Of a stretch of 64,000 nt of DNA, positions 28,405-42,403 are shown piece by piece; within the stretch, counting starts at the first letter, position 1; every line of letters begins with the position of its first letter. The stretch is taken from NCBI GenBank assembly GCA_036172245.1, contig JAYWIR010000025.1:992001-1056000 (forward strand), given 5' to 3'. The position numbers and the translations under genes were made by a program. The notes under the pieces are model-generated. The model searched no databases and was not told where the DNA came from. It saw only the letters and a program-made list of their open reading frames with translations. The DNA is from Raillietiella orientalis. Taxonomy: Eukaryota.

Positions 28405-28899
28405 TTTCGACTCCCTACTCAAATACGTAAGACACCTTCGAGATTAGAAGCAATGCTCATCATGCTGTGTGTACACGGATTCCGAAAGGGGAGCATCAAC
28501 CGAATGATGGCCATCATGATTTCTCGAATTCTCTCGGAACAAATATGTAACAATGTGAGTCCATAACAATTTCGTAATGCCTTCCAAAAATTTATGTACA
28601 TAGCAGTTGAAGCACATAAATTGAGCACATAGCAGATTTGGGAACGGGGAGCTTAGAATAGCTTGTCCTTTTGGAGTGCCTGTTCGTTAAAACACGCAAA
28701 AAAAATTAAATTTCGTAAATTTCCGTTTCTCATCACTGAGGTGCATAATTTTCATTTCTTTTTAAATCCCCGTCTGATTTGGAAGACTATAATTTTTATA
28801 ATTGGATCCTCGCAAGATCATTAAAATCGAACTGGCAACTGAATAAGGTAACCATTACAATTCAGATCTAGGTACAATAGGTCCTCGAACAAAGGTGGC

Positions 28900-29870
28900 T
28901 GCTTTTCACCCGGGTGCACTGGGGCGCTTATTTCTAAACTATCCAAGAATAAAGTTCCCGGACAAAGGGCACAGAAAAACGAAGGGAGGGAGGGCTCTCC
29001 GACACGCAGGTCGGTAAGACCGAAAGTCTGGAACAGGAAGGAGGGGACCGCAAATAAATAGAAAGAAAAAATAGAAATAAAGATATGGGGTTTGGGGACA
29101 GGGGTCTTTGGCTTCAGCCGTTCCTTCCTTTCAGAACCGGCGCTGGATTCCCGGGATCTCCTTCCTCACATCTGGAAGATGAGGCCACCTGGCAGCCGTT
29201 GTCATGCTGTCGTCGGTGATTGCGATGGTTTCTCGAGGGATCGCCTACGACTCCAGCTGGCGGCGGGCCGTAACGATGGCGCAGAATGCAACAGGTCGTC
29301 GCGATGACCGCACCTAACGACAGGCCACCTGGCGTGAAGAAGCAGCTCATCAAAATCCTTGCGGTGTCCCCCTGGTGCAGGAGAGCTGAGGCCAGCCTCC
29401 GCCACATTTCTTGTAGGGCACCGCAGTCGAAAAGCAGGTGCGGGAGCGTTTCTGCTGCTCCACACCTTTTACGGTTCGGGAAGGCAGCTCCCCAGAAACA
29501 ACGTTGCTGCGCTGGTTGCAATGGAAGCCCCAATGCACCAGCAAAAGCACGTCCTGCTTCCATGGAAGGGAGAACACAAAAGTGTCCACGCACGAGGGAG
29601 GGAGCACCAGTTCTTCGGGGGCACACTCAGGAGTTCGCTCCACCGAAGGAGTCCCTTAGGAATTTGGCGAGGCGTCTGCCAGCTCTCTGGTTCTCCAGCC
29701 GCCCATGGGTCGGTCGGGTTGCTACTGCGATCGTGCTGGCGACCTCCCACCCCGCCGGTAGGCAACTGTCATCTCTTGCCCTGAGGGCAGACAGCGCTGC
29801 GGCAAGGGGCGTGGCGGCCAGGCTGGTCCACTTGCCCTAGTCTCGCATCACATCCTCCAAGGAAAGATAG
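28900..29870 (-). mobile_element. LINE 3' fragment with zf-RVT-like zinc finger
   Basis: 'RKRCGAAETLPHLLFDCGALQEMWRRL' (C..ET..HLLF.C...W), a pyrimidine-rich 3' tail and a family-shared terminus. Confidence 0.7.
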
Positions 29871-31649
29871 AGGGAAAGGTGCAACAAAATTGCCACACTT
29901 TCCGATGCCTTGCCCAGGACGATGGCGCTTCCTGCCGCCAGGCGTTAAAGTTTGTCGGGCGGAAGGAGATCCAAGAATTTGCTTCCGGCAACCTGTTAAG
30001 CTGCCTCAGTGGTCAGCCGAAGCTTCTAGTGGCGCGCTCCGTGTGCGGCAGCAACGAAAGCAGTCGTTCGCTGCTGGTAGCAGGCGCGCGTGAGCAAACC
30101 ACGGTGTCGACCACAGTTTGGCACAAAGTGCCAACATCCGGAGATGCACCTGCAGTCCGATCCTCTCCAGCGTCAGCATGCCTAAAATGTTTTAGTGCAG
30201 CGTTTCCCAAACTTTTCCACTGACGGAACACTTCAGGAACCCTGAAATTTGAACGGAATACCGTGGTGATTTTATAGGGTAGGTAAATGTCAATGATAAA
30301 TAAATTAAGCAAGTAAATATTATTATAACAGTCAAGAAAGAGAAACAAACGTTCATTCTCAGATTCTAATTATGCAAAATAAAACCCATGAAAATAGTAA
30401 AATTGCATTTAAAACATACGATGAGAAGTAAAATACACATACGACATTGGGAGTAGATCCCAAGCGGTACCGAACACTTCTGATTATCCGATGAACACAT
30501 ACTGCGAAGAAAAACCAAGCATTAACGAAAGCTTTGCAGGAAACTTTTCCTTCTTCTTTCGTTTGATCGTAGTGCCAACGAAAAAGCTTTCGGGTTCCAT
30601 CATAGGTGTTCGTCAGTGTACGCATCGTGGATGGTTAAAGCATCTCAACTGCAATTTCGTTACCACGGGAAGCGTAAAATCCATCACTGCACTGTGAGAT
30701 TCATCCATTTTCCCATTCAGTGCATCCAGTTCTAAAAAAGCTTTTCTCTGTAAGACACAGGTCATGTATTCACTGAAACCATAGTTTGGGCGTCTTCAGA
30801 GGCGAAAGCTTTCTTAAAAGTTAAAACAGAAACTTGAAGAGCACACAACTCCGAAGAAAGCAGCAGTGTTCGTGAAGTCGGAAATGGATACTTCGATGAA
30901 GCTTACTGAATCATTTGATCATTGATAACAAGTTATTTCGACTTTTAGTAAAGTGCCTCAAATTGGGAAAACATTCACAAAACGAAGAGAGGTGAAATTT
31001 ATGATCAGAAAAAAAATGCAACAAAATTGGAGGCACACACATGAAGAAATGAAAGAGTAGCAGTATGAACTTGCAGTGATGAAACGGAGGTGGAGGTAAC
31101 ATTCAGATCATTTTAAGGTGTCTTTATGTTTGCTAAACACGAGATATCTCTCGCTGTTTCGAACCAGATGTTATTATGGGCTTCGTCCTCGACTTTTACG
31201 TGCAATACACTTCAGCAAAAAGCGAAATTGTTCTTTCAGATCAGTTTACTGCTACATTTGTAAGGCGGTCTTCATCTGCAGCCATCGTCATTTGACTTAA
31301 CTACGGTGTCACCATTCTCGTACACGATAGCAGCTTGAGTGAATAGTCTCCGATCACCGTGTTGTCCACTTTCCTCTTTCAAGATGGGAAACGGAAACGC
31401 CTGTGTGCATCAATGGAAGCTCTCGCAGCAGCCTTGGCTTGACTGTCCACGTGTGCAGCCGTCGTCAGATCCATTTCGAAGTTCAGAAAGGCAGGTGGAT
31501 ATGGAATTCTCAGAGTGCAGTCATAGGTACAACGTGGAGTGTCTTCTGAAAGAAGCAGGAGCGCAGAAAACGCGAGGAAACTCGAGGGGAAAGAATGCAA
31601 CATACAGTGGTTACAGGATTCTCTTGGTTCCGGATTCTATTTCTTCATT

Positions 31650-34600
31650 TTGATGCCGAGTTTCATGACAGAAGCACATTGAATTATTGATAAGAAAAAA
31701 ATCGAAACGCGATAGCACTCGAAGCAAACGGAAGCAGCTGAAGGAAGAGGTGGAGAAGGAAATGCCCAAACTCTTGGAAAGTGGAGTAAATTTTTTGACG
31801 AATCTTTGATAAAGGAACGAGGTCCTCTGCCGTGTCCACTCTGTCCGAGAGAACATTGACACGGAAGAGAGTAAGAGCAAAATGAAACGCTTGAGAAGGA
31901 TGCAAGGGACGACTCAAAGGAAGTTGTACTTGGAAAAAGGCAATGCTCAAGAGGACGGGAAAAAACTTGAGCTGGGATATCAGAACACTGAGCTGAACCG
32001 GAGACTAGAGGTTTTAGAAGTCACACAGGAAGAAGTGAATAGACTCCAGAGCACCGCCGCTGAGATGATGGAAGCGCTCAAAGATAAACATTCTTAGCAC
32101 TGACACAAAAGACTCGATGAGTGCAGAGCGCCGCGGCAAGACGCTGATCGGTTGGGCGAGAGAATATACCAGAACGAGATTCAGAAAAATTAAGAGCACT
32201 TGGACATCCCAAATGGAACTCAGATTTTCATACGCCAACTGGATGCTTGACAGATGGCAACCATAACTTCTCAGTGCGAGCAACGACCATCTCTTTAAGA
32301 AGGAAGGTGCATGTGCGAATCAAACAGAAACGCTCTCGGCTTGTCAGTCATATTATGAGAAAATAATATGACTGACAAGGGAGAAGAGGAAGCGTCAGTC
32401 TAGCCTAGAAAACGATGAGATCCAGCTTGCGAGACATCTTTCAAATATCCATTTTCAGATCCTCTGAATGCAAATGTTTTTTTCTCTTCCTTTCTTGCCT
32501 AAGATGGCCGCGGAAGTCGCAGGTCGAGATTAAGGAAGTAACCAACCAGATTGGCGAAGAAGAGAAGATTATCCTGGTTTCAGAGGATAATTAAGAAGAG
32601 TCCAACATTTCATTAGGGCGAAGCACTTTGGACTCTGCGCTGTTTTCATGGTAACCAGTGTCGGAATTAGAAAGGGAATGTTTTCCTTCGCTCTGATTCA
32701 TTATGTGGTCCAAATTTGCAACTTTTAGGGGTTTGTAATCAATTCGAAATCAGCAGATTTCACGATTGTACTTTTGCGCCTCTTCCCGAAGCATCCATTT
32801 GCAGTGAGTGGCAAATTCCCGATATGGAGAGCCGCACAGCCTTCCGATTTCCAGGTTTCACCTTTCTGGAAACCATCAACGCCACTGTGGCTGAAGACTG
32901 GGTAGGGAGCGATGAAGCACGCCATCCACCTCTTCACAAACATGCAGTACGACGACAGAAAGATGATCCAGGAGGCTTACCGGGAGATGAGCACACAAAG
33001 TCTCTCACTCTGCGTACTGGCATCAATATCAGAGTAGGCACGCTTCCACCAACAGCATGCAAGGGGAAGTCGGCATGCTGGAGAAGAGGAACTTGGGTTT
33101 CGACATCTGCCCCATCGAATACGAAGACCGGCATTGGTCAGCGTCCGAAGACATGAAGGCAGCGTTTGAAGGACACCAGAGTTCTTTCTACTCAAAGAGC
33201 TCTACAAAACGGAAAAAAGCTGACCAAACGGATGAAAGATGAAGTCGCGTTTTCCGACTCCTTCCTCGAGAGTGGGACCAAGGCAACGATCTGGTTCTGG
33301 GGTCCCGTGAATGACTTCAGTAGTGAGAATAACAGAGAATTCCTCTCCAGTATTATAGATTGCAACGTATTCTGGCTGAATTTCACATCACGTGGGAACT
33401 GCCTTGACATCAACCAAGACCTCACGTGGGGGAGGAGGACGTTAAATGCTTCCAAGCTGCGGTCATCTTCAATAGGATGGTAGGCAACGTCCTGGTACTG
33501 CCGCTGGCGGGCAATAAGAAAACATTTGACTACGTCGATCACAGCTTGCTTCTCTGGATGCTGGACAAGATGGAATTTCCAAGGCAATTCCGTGGATGTC
33601 AAGGCAGCTATGGGAAAGGCAAGATTCCAGATTGCCATTAGCTGAGAGGAAGCAAGAATGATTTGTATGGGAAATGGCGCCCTCCAAGAGGACTCCTCGA
33701 GTGCAGTGTTCTTTGTCTTGCGCATGAGGACTGCTCCCCAACCATCAACAGAGGTATCTGGATAGAATGGATGTAAATAGAAGAAGGAACAATGAAGCAC
33801 CTGGCATGCGCTGTAGATCTGCTTTTCTTCCTGAGTAGTGAAGCCTGTCGAATGGCGCTCCTGGAAATCACCTGGAACATGGAGATAGGGTCGGATCTGA
33901 AAATCGACCTCCCCAAATCAAAGCTACTGGCAATAGGAATCCCTGAGGTCGTCATCCTGGAAAGAAGGGAATTCTGTATCGTTGATGAGATGGTGGCTTT
34001 GGTATCGACATCGACGATACCTCTTTGCAGGCAGACCAGTGGAAGGACGCCATAAAACGAGCCAGGAGTGAAGCAGCCAAATATATCAAGTCAGACCTCA
34101 CTCTCTGTGGAAGAGCCAAGCCATAGCACGAAGGTTCACCTCCGAAGGTGCAGTTTGAAATGGCGTTGTACTCGCTGCCAGCAAAGAGCGGGACGAGTCT
34201 TGGGAACGTGCAACACAGCCTGATATGGGAACGAGGAGAGCCCAACAGGAAAAACGAAAAGGCCATTTCCATCCAGAGAAGAAGCTGGCTATGGAATGAA
34301 GACCTTAGAGCACACATCAAGGGCTCCTGAGTGCTCGACACATTACCAGAGCTTGGAGCGACTGACCATATGCTGTCCACAGCTCAATTTGTCAGAACAT
34401 TGGATCAGAGAATTTATCAGAGCTCGTGAATGGTAAGGAACGATGGGACATGGCTGATTCCATATGGACGAAAAAACAATAGTTGTCTCGAAGAAGACTT
34501 CAGAGTGGTGTCAAAGGGAAAGGGACCCTGAAGAACTTGATTGGCACGATTCTTTTGTTTATTTTCATAGCGTCACATACAGGGAGCTGGATGGAAACAA

Positions 34601-34900
34601 CAGGTGTCTAACCGTCCAGGAAAGAGAACAGTTTGTAAAAGTTCGGCGGTGGCGTATGGAAAAGTGCTATTACTTTGTAGAATATGTATCGTCGTCGTGC
34701 AACGACGCTTTGGAGCATTAGTGCTTCAACGAGTCAAGGATATGCAAGGGAAGGCAAACAAATGATGGATCGCCAGAGTGCAAAAGAAGAATCTTCCTTG
34801 TTTTTTATCACCATTTTCCACTTAGCATTAGCTATTGCTATTTTTTACTTTATCTTTCTTAGACAGACGAAAATAAAAGAAAGCAGCCTCTTCTATTAAC
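31650..34900 (+). mobile_element. Decayed L1/Tx1-like non-LTR retrotransposon
   Basis: Ordered RT remnants: WGPVN (cf. WRPIS), NKKTFDYVDHSLLLWMLDKMEFPRQF, GALQEDSSSAVFFVL, KHLACAVDLLFFL (cf. YADD), GSDLKIDLPKSKLL. A coiled-coil ORF1-like remnant lies at 31.7-32.1 kb. Many stops and frameshifts. Confidence 0.75.
32340..32379. repeat. Perfect 17-bp inverted repeat with 6-nt loop
   Basis: cttgtcagtcatattat-gagaaa-ataatatgactgacaag. Confidence 0.9.
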
Positions 34901-34994
34901 GTAGCAGTCAGTACTAAGCGTAACTCGGTACTCGATTACGGTGCCGAGAGCACACCGAGACTTCGCCTTTTTCGTTGGAGTACGGAAGGCTCGA

Positions 34995-35630
34995 ACCTTG
35001 TTACGCCGGGACGTTTATTCTAAAAAATAAACTATAAGTTAGAAAGAAAAAAACAAGGAAAACAAGAAATACCAAAAAGAAAAGGAGTTCATCCTAAATA
35101 ACCACCGGCACGCAGGCCGGCTTCCGAAAAGTAGGGAACGGAGGGAGGAGACAATAAATAAGTAAAAAAAGACGGGATGGTGAGTAAGAAAAGTAAAAAA
35201 AGTCTTTGGTACGAGACATTCCTTAATTTCTAGAAGCTGCTCTGGATGGCGGTGATCTCCCTGGCGACTTATGGCAGATGAGGGCACCTTGCTGCTGTCT
35301 CATGAGGGCTGCTGGCATACTGGTGGCCTCTCTTCTCCGAGAACTTGATTCTAACACATGGCGGATGATACCGATTGCTGCGATCACAGCGCCTTTCTTC
35401 AGTCCGCTTTCTGTGAGGAATATTCACAGCAATTCTGCTGCAGTGTCATGCGGGCGACGGAACGCCGAAGAGAGTCTCCGCCGCAAGTCCTCGAGGACAC
35501 AGAAGTCCTTGAACAGTTCGGGGTAGGCAACTCCCACGGGAACCAGGCGTCTGCGCGCCTATCGCTCTGGGATCCCCAGTTCAGAAACAGCAGAACATCC
35601 TGCTTCCACCGTATCCTGTTTGAGTAGGTG
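34995..35630 (-). mobile_element. 3' fragment of the GC-rich LINE-like family
   Basis: 'LRRRLSSAF...GLKKGAVIAAIGIIRH' resembles 'MWRRLASAL...GLSLGAVIATTCCILRH' of the 29 kb copy; T-rich tail; terminal AATAAACGTCCCGG. Confidence 0.6.
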
Positions 35631-38600
35631 GGGGCGGAATGTACGGTGGTTCACGCACGTCCATGACCGGACGTCGTGTTTTTCTACTACTCGCGAGCCA
35701 CGAACTTAACGTATTGAAAATTATTACGTTTACCATGAATTGTGAATTATCAATGTGATAAATTCATTTGGTTATTGCGAATAATATTTAATTTTGTTTT
35801 TATTAACAATAGCTGGTAATTATTAATACAAACCGATTAATCACTTAAACCGTAACATACATATATAAGTAATGAATGTATTTATAGTATTTCTACATTA
35901 CGAATTTGGATTTTCGGTATTTCGGACCAAAGAACAATGGGGGCTCATTGTGAGTTCCGCAAGATTCTTTTGCGATAGGAAGTGCTCCCAGTCCGACCAG
36001 AGGTGGGGCGAATTTGTGAAAAACCATCACGCGAGCGCACCATTTACGCATTTCTTCAGGCATTTTGTTCGGCGTTCCTGCACGCAAAGGTTCAAGGCGC
36101 CGAGTGCCACTTTCTTGTGTCACGTTCGAGATTCGTTCTCCAGGAGAGGGTCGCTAGGGTCTGGTGGACATTCCACTCACCTGAAGTGACATCCGCCGTC
36201 TACTTCGACATGTAGCGGTATGTCCAGGCGGGCACTCTGCTACAGTTTCCACTGAAAGACTCCTTGTGGTATGGCTCGCCGCAGGCACTACTGATCCGGT
36301 GTTCCGTACTTTCTTCCTTCTTATCACGATGCTTGTGATAAAGAGGACGATGGTAGTGCGGACCGTGGGATCATACCGAGTAACGTTCCCGTTTCCTTCA
36401 AACACTCCCTCCATCTTCGTGGTCGTCTGCAGGTCCGTCACCGTCTTCAGCGCTGCCCAATCCTCGTGCAGACTCGGGCGGGAGAGAACGTGAAGCTCGG
36501 TTTCTCTGACTCCACATGCCTTCAACAACTCGTTTTGCAATCGGAATTCCCCATTTTCTTTAGTTTCCGATCCATTCGGCTAACCTTTATCGTTCCATCA
36601 TTTCACGTTTCCATGGATGTAACTGTTGCACAGAAACCAGAAAACAGAAACGTATTTTCCGATCTCTGTTATTTGTATTTCCTTGGGCCCTATCCCTACA
36701 ACTTGCAGCTCTCAAAGGATCACTCACCGACTAGTTGGACCAGAGGAACTACAGGACCCTCATGTTGTAGCGTAAAGAGGAAAAACTGAATAGAAAAGAA
36801 AACAGCTGCTGTGAACGTCTAGTTTAAAAAGTTGGTGTTGATCGGCCTGTGGCCTGCAGCGCTTCTCTCAAACGCACTGTGGTCCGCCTCTCATTTGCGG
36901 ACGAGCATACAGACCGCTAGGACAAAAGCGTTGTCCATGGCTACTTCAGTTCTCGCAGCTGTAGCCAAATTCTTCTAAACAGTATTCGGAGGGACTGCTT
37001 CTCCAGCAAAAGCTGCTTGAATAAGAAGAGCAGCGAACAAGCGCTCCGTTCAGACTCTTTGTTCTCCTTGCGTTCGGAGATCCGAGGTCGCCGCTCGCGA
37101 ATTTTGTAAAGGGAAAATTACGCGGAAGCACAGCGTTTTACCGAGCAAAAAGGAAACCCGTGATCTCCAGGCTGGGAGTGACCGGCCCATTCCTTAGTAT
37201 AGAAGCCTTCCACTACCTTAAGAAGAGGAACTCCAGTCAAAAAAGATCTTCACCATTTCCGAATGTTTCGAGCTTGCGAAGCATCCGAGTTCCTGCAAGA
37301 AGACCGAAATACGTACCTGTAAACCTTTCGTAAACATACACAAAAGTGGTGTTCGAGATCTCTCCAAGGCTGTCACATCGCTGGCATCCATACAGAAGAC
37401 ATTCTATTGCTGAAGGCCTCTTCGAGAGAGCTTTTATGGACAGAAGGAGCATTTTAATACAGCCGAAAAACTGACGTATGCTGTTCTCCTTGTTATAAAT
37501 AGCTGAAGAACTATCAGCGGCTGATGGACATGGGCATTCGAAGGGGCAAACAGTTGGCACAGTCGGTTTTCGGACACCGGAGACCCACAGAGGAAAGGCA
37601 AACAAATGATGGGTCGCTTGGAGTTAAAAATGTCTACCTTAGTAGGGACTGGTTACTATCCGCCATCATTCCTAGAGCTCTCTTTTTGTACATTATAAAA
37701 TTTAGGACGTACATTTTGGCTTGTCCATTTTCTTCTTCCACTAAATTTTTCAAGTCTCTTGCCTCGTGGTGATCCCATGAAATCCAGCCGTTCCCACTCT
37801 TGCAACGCAACACTCCTTTCCGTCTCTTTTGCTGCTGTTGTTTGGATTCCTTCAGACTGTAGTCCATCTTCCCAAAGTCCGAAAATTATCCTGGCTGCAT
37901 TTATGGATTTCCAGAGTTATTTTTTTCTTCATGTTCCAAGACTGGACTAAAGTTTTCATTGAGAGTTCCCCATGCTGTTCCTCTGATTGCACGAATGCAC
38001 TTGTCTTACGGAGGGCTCCGATGTGATCGTCGATCGGAGCACTTTGTTGTTCTTGAGCAAAATCATATGGGACACTGAATAGTGGCCACATTCAAGTCAC
38101 CTCATTCTGCCTCTCTCGTGGAGATTCTCATCCCTTTAGATGAGAACCCCAAATCCTTTCTTCCTATACATGCCTAATGTGAAGCCGTCGCTGTTACGAT
38201 TCCTCTCGCGATTTCAGGTCCCTGAGCTACCGTTAGCATGCTCATGAGCTCTTTGACGAACGACTCCAGTCCAGGATCACACGATACGGAAAGATTTTGC
38301 CCGAGAGCAACTTCCGGTTCATTTAAGCTTCATTAAATAAAGTGGAAAACATGGATGTCAAGTCCTATTGCCAGATCTTTTTGTCTGCATCCCGACTTTC
38401 GAGGCAAAGACACGGGAAGACATCCTGTTGCCCTGTGAGTCCTTAAGGAGGACCATGGACCTTCTTAAGGACTCTCTCAGCGTAAGGACGCCTAGTCCTT
38501 ACGTTGAGAGAGAAGGCGTTGAAGCGAATAGCAGCTGAAGTCCAAATGATCGCCCTTTATTTCCCGATTTTGAAAACAGTACTGATGTCTTCCAGATTCT

Positions 38601-40374
38601 CAGGCGTGCCGTCGGGAAAGAACTTGAGTCTCTGCCTCCTCAAAGCCTCTGCCGGACGAAATCCCTCGGTTTCCCCCTGCTGCAGGTAGTCTCCCTGATG
38701 GAAGCGCGCGAGTGGATCTTTTGCTGCCCCACAAACTTTAATGCATGACGGTGGGAGACGGCCGACACTTGAAGAAACTCACAGGGACACATCCGGAAGA
38801 GTTCTCTTCATGCCTTCGGGGGAATCTCTCGAGGAGATGATGGATGACCTAAAGGAGTGATGGATCTGCACTTCTGCCACGCCCTTAACCAAAGCGCCGT
38901 CTTTCCTAAGGGAATGGAACGACAGTAGTTCACCGGCAGGGTGAGAGTTCACTTTTTGTTAACAAAACACTAGTGTTTGCCAAAAAGCTCCAGGTAGGGT
39001 ATATGGGATGCCCCGAGAGCTCATTCACAGTTTATACAATCTTGATATTGCAGCTGATCCGGGAGTATAGGGCGCAGAACAAAAGACCCCTCTCAGACAT
39101 CAGGAACCCTACACAGAGATGAATTTTCGATTCTCATCTCACATGTAGCCATGAACTGGAGCCGGTAAGCGCCGTTTTTCTCCTTGCAGGACCCAGTGGA
39201 AGTTCGAAGGTTTGACAACCTGGCCTTGGAGTTCCGATCTTTCCTTGTCTTTCGTAAATGGACCAAGACTTCTTGACGACAGCAAAGAAAGCTCATCTTC
39301 TATTCAGCAAAAGAAGATCCAATTAATCTGGACTCGATCTTGATCTCAACTGACCATTTGCCACGAACTTTCTTTCAAGAGGAATGCTTACGCTTTTCTT
39401 TGATGCTACGACGGTCAGATTCTCACTGCATAAAACTGAAAATCCCTCTGGGGTGCATCTCATTTCCGTACCGAGAAAAATGCCATCCCACGTAGTATCT
39501 TGTGGTGCATCAAACCTTACACAGCAACCGCATTTGCGTGACAGATCAAGAATTACAGAGATTCGGGTCCACAATCGATCGGTGGACGATGTGACTGATG
39601 ACAGACATTGAAACTGGGATCACATTTCCGATGATGGATTAAAATATGATCTATCACGCTCACGACCCGATGAATGGGTCCCAAAGTCCGACGGCGTGAT
39701 TCAGGAAGCGCAAACAGAACGTCCCTCGTGAACAGGAAACGAAGCATCATCAAACGCAGAAGTCCACACTTGATCTCTCATAGCGCTTATCGTGCATCGG
39801 ATGAAAGTTTGCTACAACTGAATAGGTGCTGACCCCTTGCACGACTCGCCGAAGTAATGCTCAGTCGATAGTTCTCTCGATGGCATCATCGTGAGTGCTC
39901 TTCGAAAAGGGAACCGAGTTTCCGCCCTTGGCAAGACTCCACTTCTGCAAATGAACTGCACTGAAATTCATATGTCGCGCTTCCTGCTTCCCCCCCAAAA
40001 GGCAGGGATGCACATCACATTCTCTTCCTCGTTTGCTTCCAGCAACAAGCAGCATTCCTGTGGACACACACATTTCCGGTCGTCACTCCCAGCATACAGA
40101 AGCAAGCTGCACATTCGCTTCGATCAGAAACTCACACGTGCAGCCGGCCATGATGGATTGCAACCACTTTTCCAGTGCCTGGAAATCAGCTAACCCGTGC
40201 CCGAAGGCTGTTTGCATCGAACTTTTCTCCACATCAACCTCCAGGATCCTGCTAGAGTACTTGCTGCCATCTCAGCAATGTCTTGCCGATGGAGGCAGCT
40301 CCAGGGAAACTCAACTGTCCCAATCCCCTCATCACTCGCCGGAACCTAAGTTCCTCTGACGCAGGAACGTGGGC

Positions 40375-41200
40375 AGGCTGTCGTCTCGACGCTTGAGCAC
40401 CACTCATCTTCAGAATCGGTTTCTTAGGCAGGTGAGAGGTTGACAACGCTCCTTAGATGATCCCGACTTCCATGGCTGCCATCTTCCTGCTGCCCATAGC
40501 AACCAGCACTTCCCGTGGGTTCTCATGAGGGTCGTCAGACGCCGCAACCCATCTTTTGGGTTCATGCCAGCGCTAGTTCTGCTAACCAAAAGTGACCGCT
40601 GCACACTCATGGATCCCACAGCTTAGCTTCGGCTATCGAGCTTTCCTGACCATTCATTTACAGGATGAGACTCACTTTGCGTTTCCAGGAGTGTCCTCTA
40701 TAAGGAAGGGTCTGTGAGGGACCAGGCTACTAGGTTTGTCTTTCGCCCCTGTATCCGGTTTCCAAGACCAATTTGCACTTCGAGATTTCTGCGGACATGC
40801 ATCAGAGATTCCTCTGGCTTCGTGCTGGCCAGCCGTAACACTTAAGCACCAAATTGTCAAATAAAGCTGTGCGAGTGGAGGGAATGCCTCATCTTCCGAG
40901 ATGGCGGTCGCACGAAACGCGAGTTCCATCTAGGGTGACTTGTCCGAGCTTGCGCCAACTCTGGACGTTTCCTTGGTTTCTCTGATTCATCACGCGTCTC
41001 ACTTGGCAAACAGCACTCGCCAGGCCAGCAGGCAGGCAGAACGTGTGCCACTGCAGGCTGCTGTTGAGCAGTCGATCCCTTTCGCACAGCTTTTCGAGCT
41101 TCACGCCAAGCAGATCCTTTACTTGGAATGCATCTGACTGTCCCGCAGGCTGGCTGTCGTCTCGACGCTTGAGCGCCGCTTGTCTTCAGGGTCGGTTGCT
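40375..41200. repeat. About 45-bp imperfect direct repeat (about 40375-40420 and 41150-41200)
   Basis: ggctgtcgtctcgacgcttgagc(a/g)cc(a/g)ct..tcttcag occurs twice. Confidence 0.8.
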
Positions 41201-42403
41201 CTGGCTTCCGGATCTCCAAAAGCCGTTCCAGGGTAAGAAAAAAAAAAAAATCTTCCGGTTTCCACACTTGGAGGCGAGAGCACGCGAAGCCAGGTAATGC
41301 TAACGGAACGATGGATTCCACGCATCGTTTGAGTTTTCACCTTCCTATCGAAAATTTAGCGGGATATCCGGATTTTAGATGGATATTATGTAATTAGGTG
41401 GTAAGGTAATATGATTTTAGAATCGCGCGAGGTGTGTGGCTTTCCGTTTATCCTTAGGATGAGTTTTTATTCCTCCCTATTCAGGAAAATGCGAACAAAT
41501 TTGGACTCTCATGGAGAGCAGAGAACGGAGTGATCACAGATGAGGGGTCAGGAGCACGGGAAAAATTCGATTCCAGGTGGTTTTCGAGAGAAAATGATTC
41601 GACATTCCATGAAGCACCCAAGTAGTTTCTTGCTTTACGTGCGCATGCGCGTGCATATCTTAGCACTTCAAGTTTATTTGCACTGTAACTGTACATCCAC
41701 GCATTCAGAACTATGAGCCACATGAAGTTTTTGAGGCGAATGGCCACAGATTCCTGCAGCACCATCGTGAGCAACTGAATCAGTGGCAATTCTGTTGAGC
41801 TTTCCCTATCTCCACCATCAGCGTCATGCACGATAACCATACGTTCACCCATTCAGAACTACACATAAGCATCAAAGACGAAGAATGAATTGACGGAAGC
41901 TCAAGAAAAAATGCAAAGGTCACTTTAAAAAAAAAAATAAATGCAAGAATGAGTTGGATTAAAGAGACAGATATTTGTACGGACATCATTGAAAGCAGCC
42001 TGTGCATTTCCCAACATCCTTTTTTTTTTTTGTCAAAATTTCTGCTCCAAGGAGTCATATGTTCTCAGACATGCTCTTCGTATATGAAAGGGAGGCTGTT
42101 GCTGCGTCACATCATTTTTTCTCTCTACTGGATGCACGGCGAAAGCCAATTTTCGCAGACACCCAGAAGGAATGGTCCGTCGGGAGAAGGAATTCAGAGT
42201 AGACAGTGCAGATGGCAATCTCCTCACTTGCTGGAACTCCGCTGCTTTGGCCATGTCCTGAGACTAGAAGTTCAGAGATAATTGCAAGAGAATCATGTCT
42301 TCTTGCTTAGGTCTGCCTCCCCCACGAGCCCAGGAACAATTTGCTACAGATGCTGCTTTCGTGATCTTGCGCCTGCTCTTGTACGATCGCACTTTCCCGG
42401 AGA

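Noticed and set aside
36154..36540. Minus-strand ORF with a hydrophobic patch and strong donor as the neprilysin first exon
   Set aside because: The donor is phase 0 in this frame while the neprilysin acceptor needs phase 1; the phase-1 frame has a stop, and there is no C-x4-C motif.
37237..37605. 'YNKENSI' resembling the neprilysin 'PQENSI'
   Set aside because: No other M13 motifs nearby; a chance similarity.
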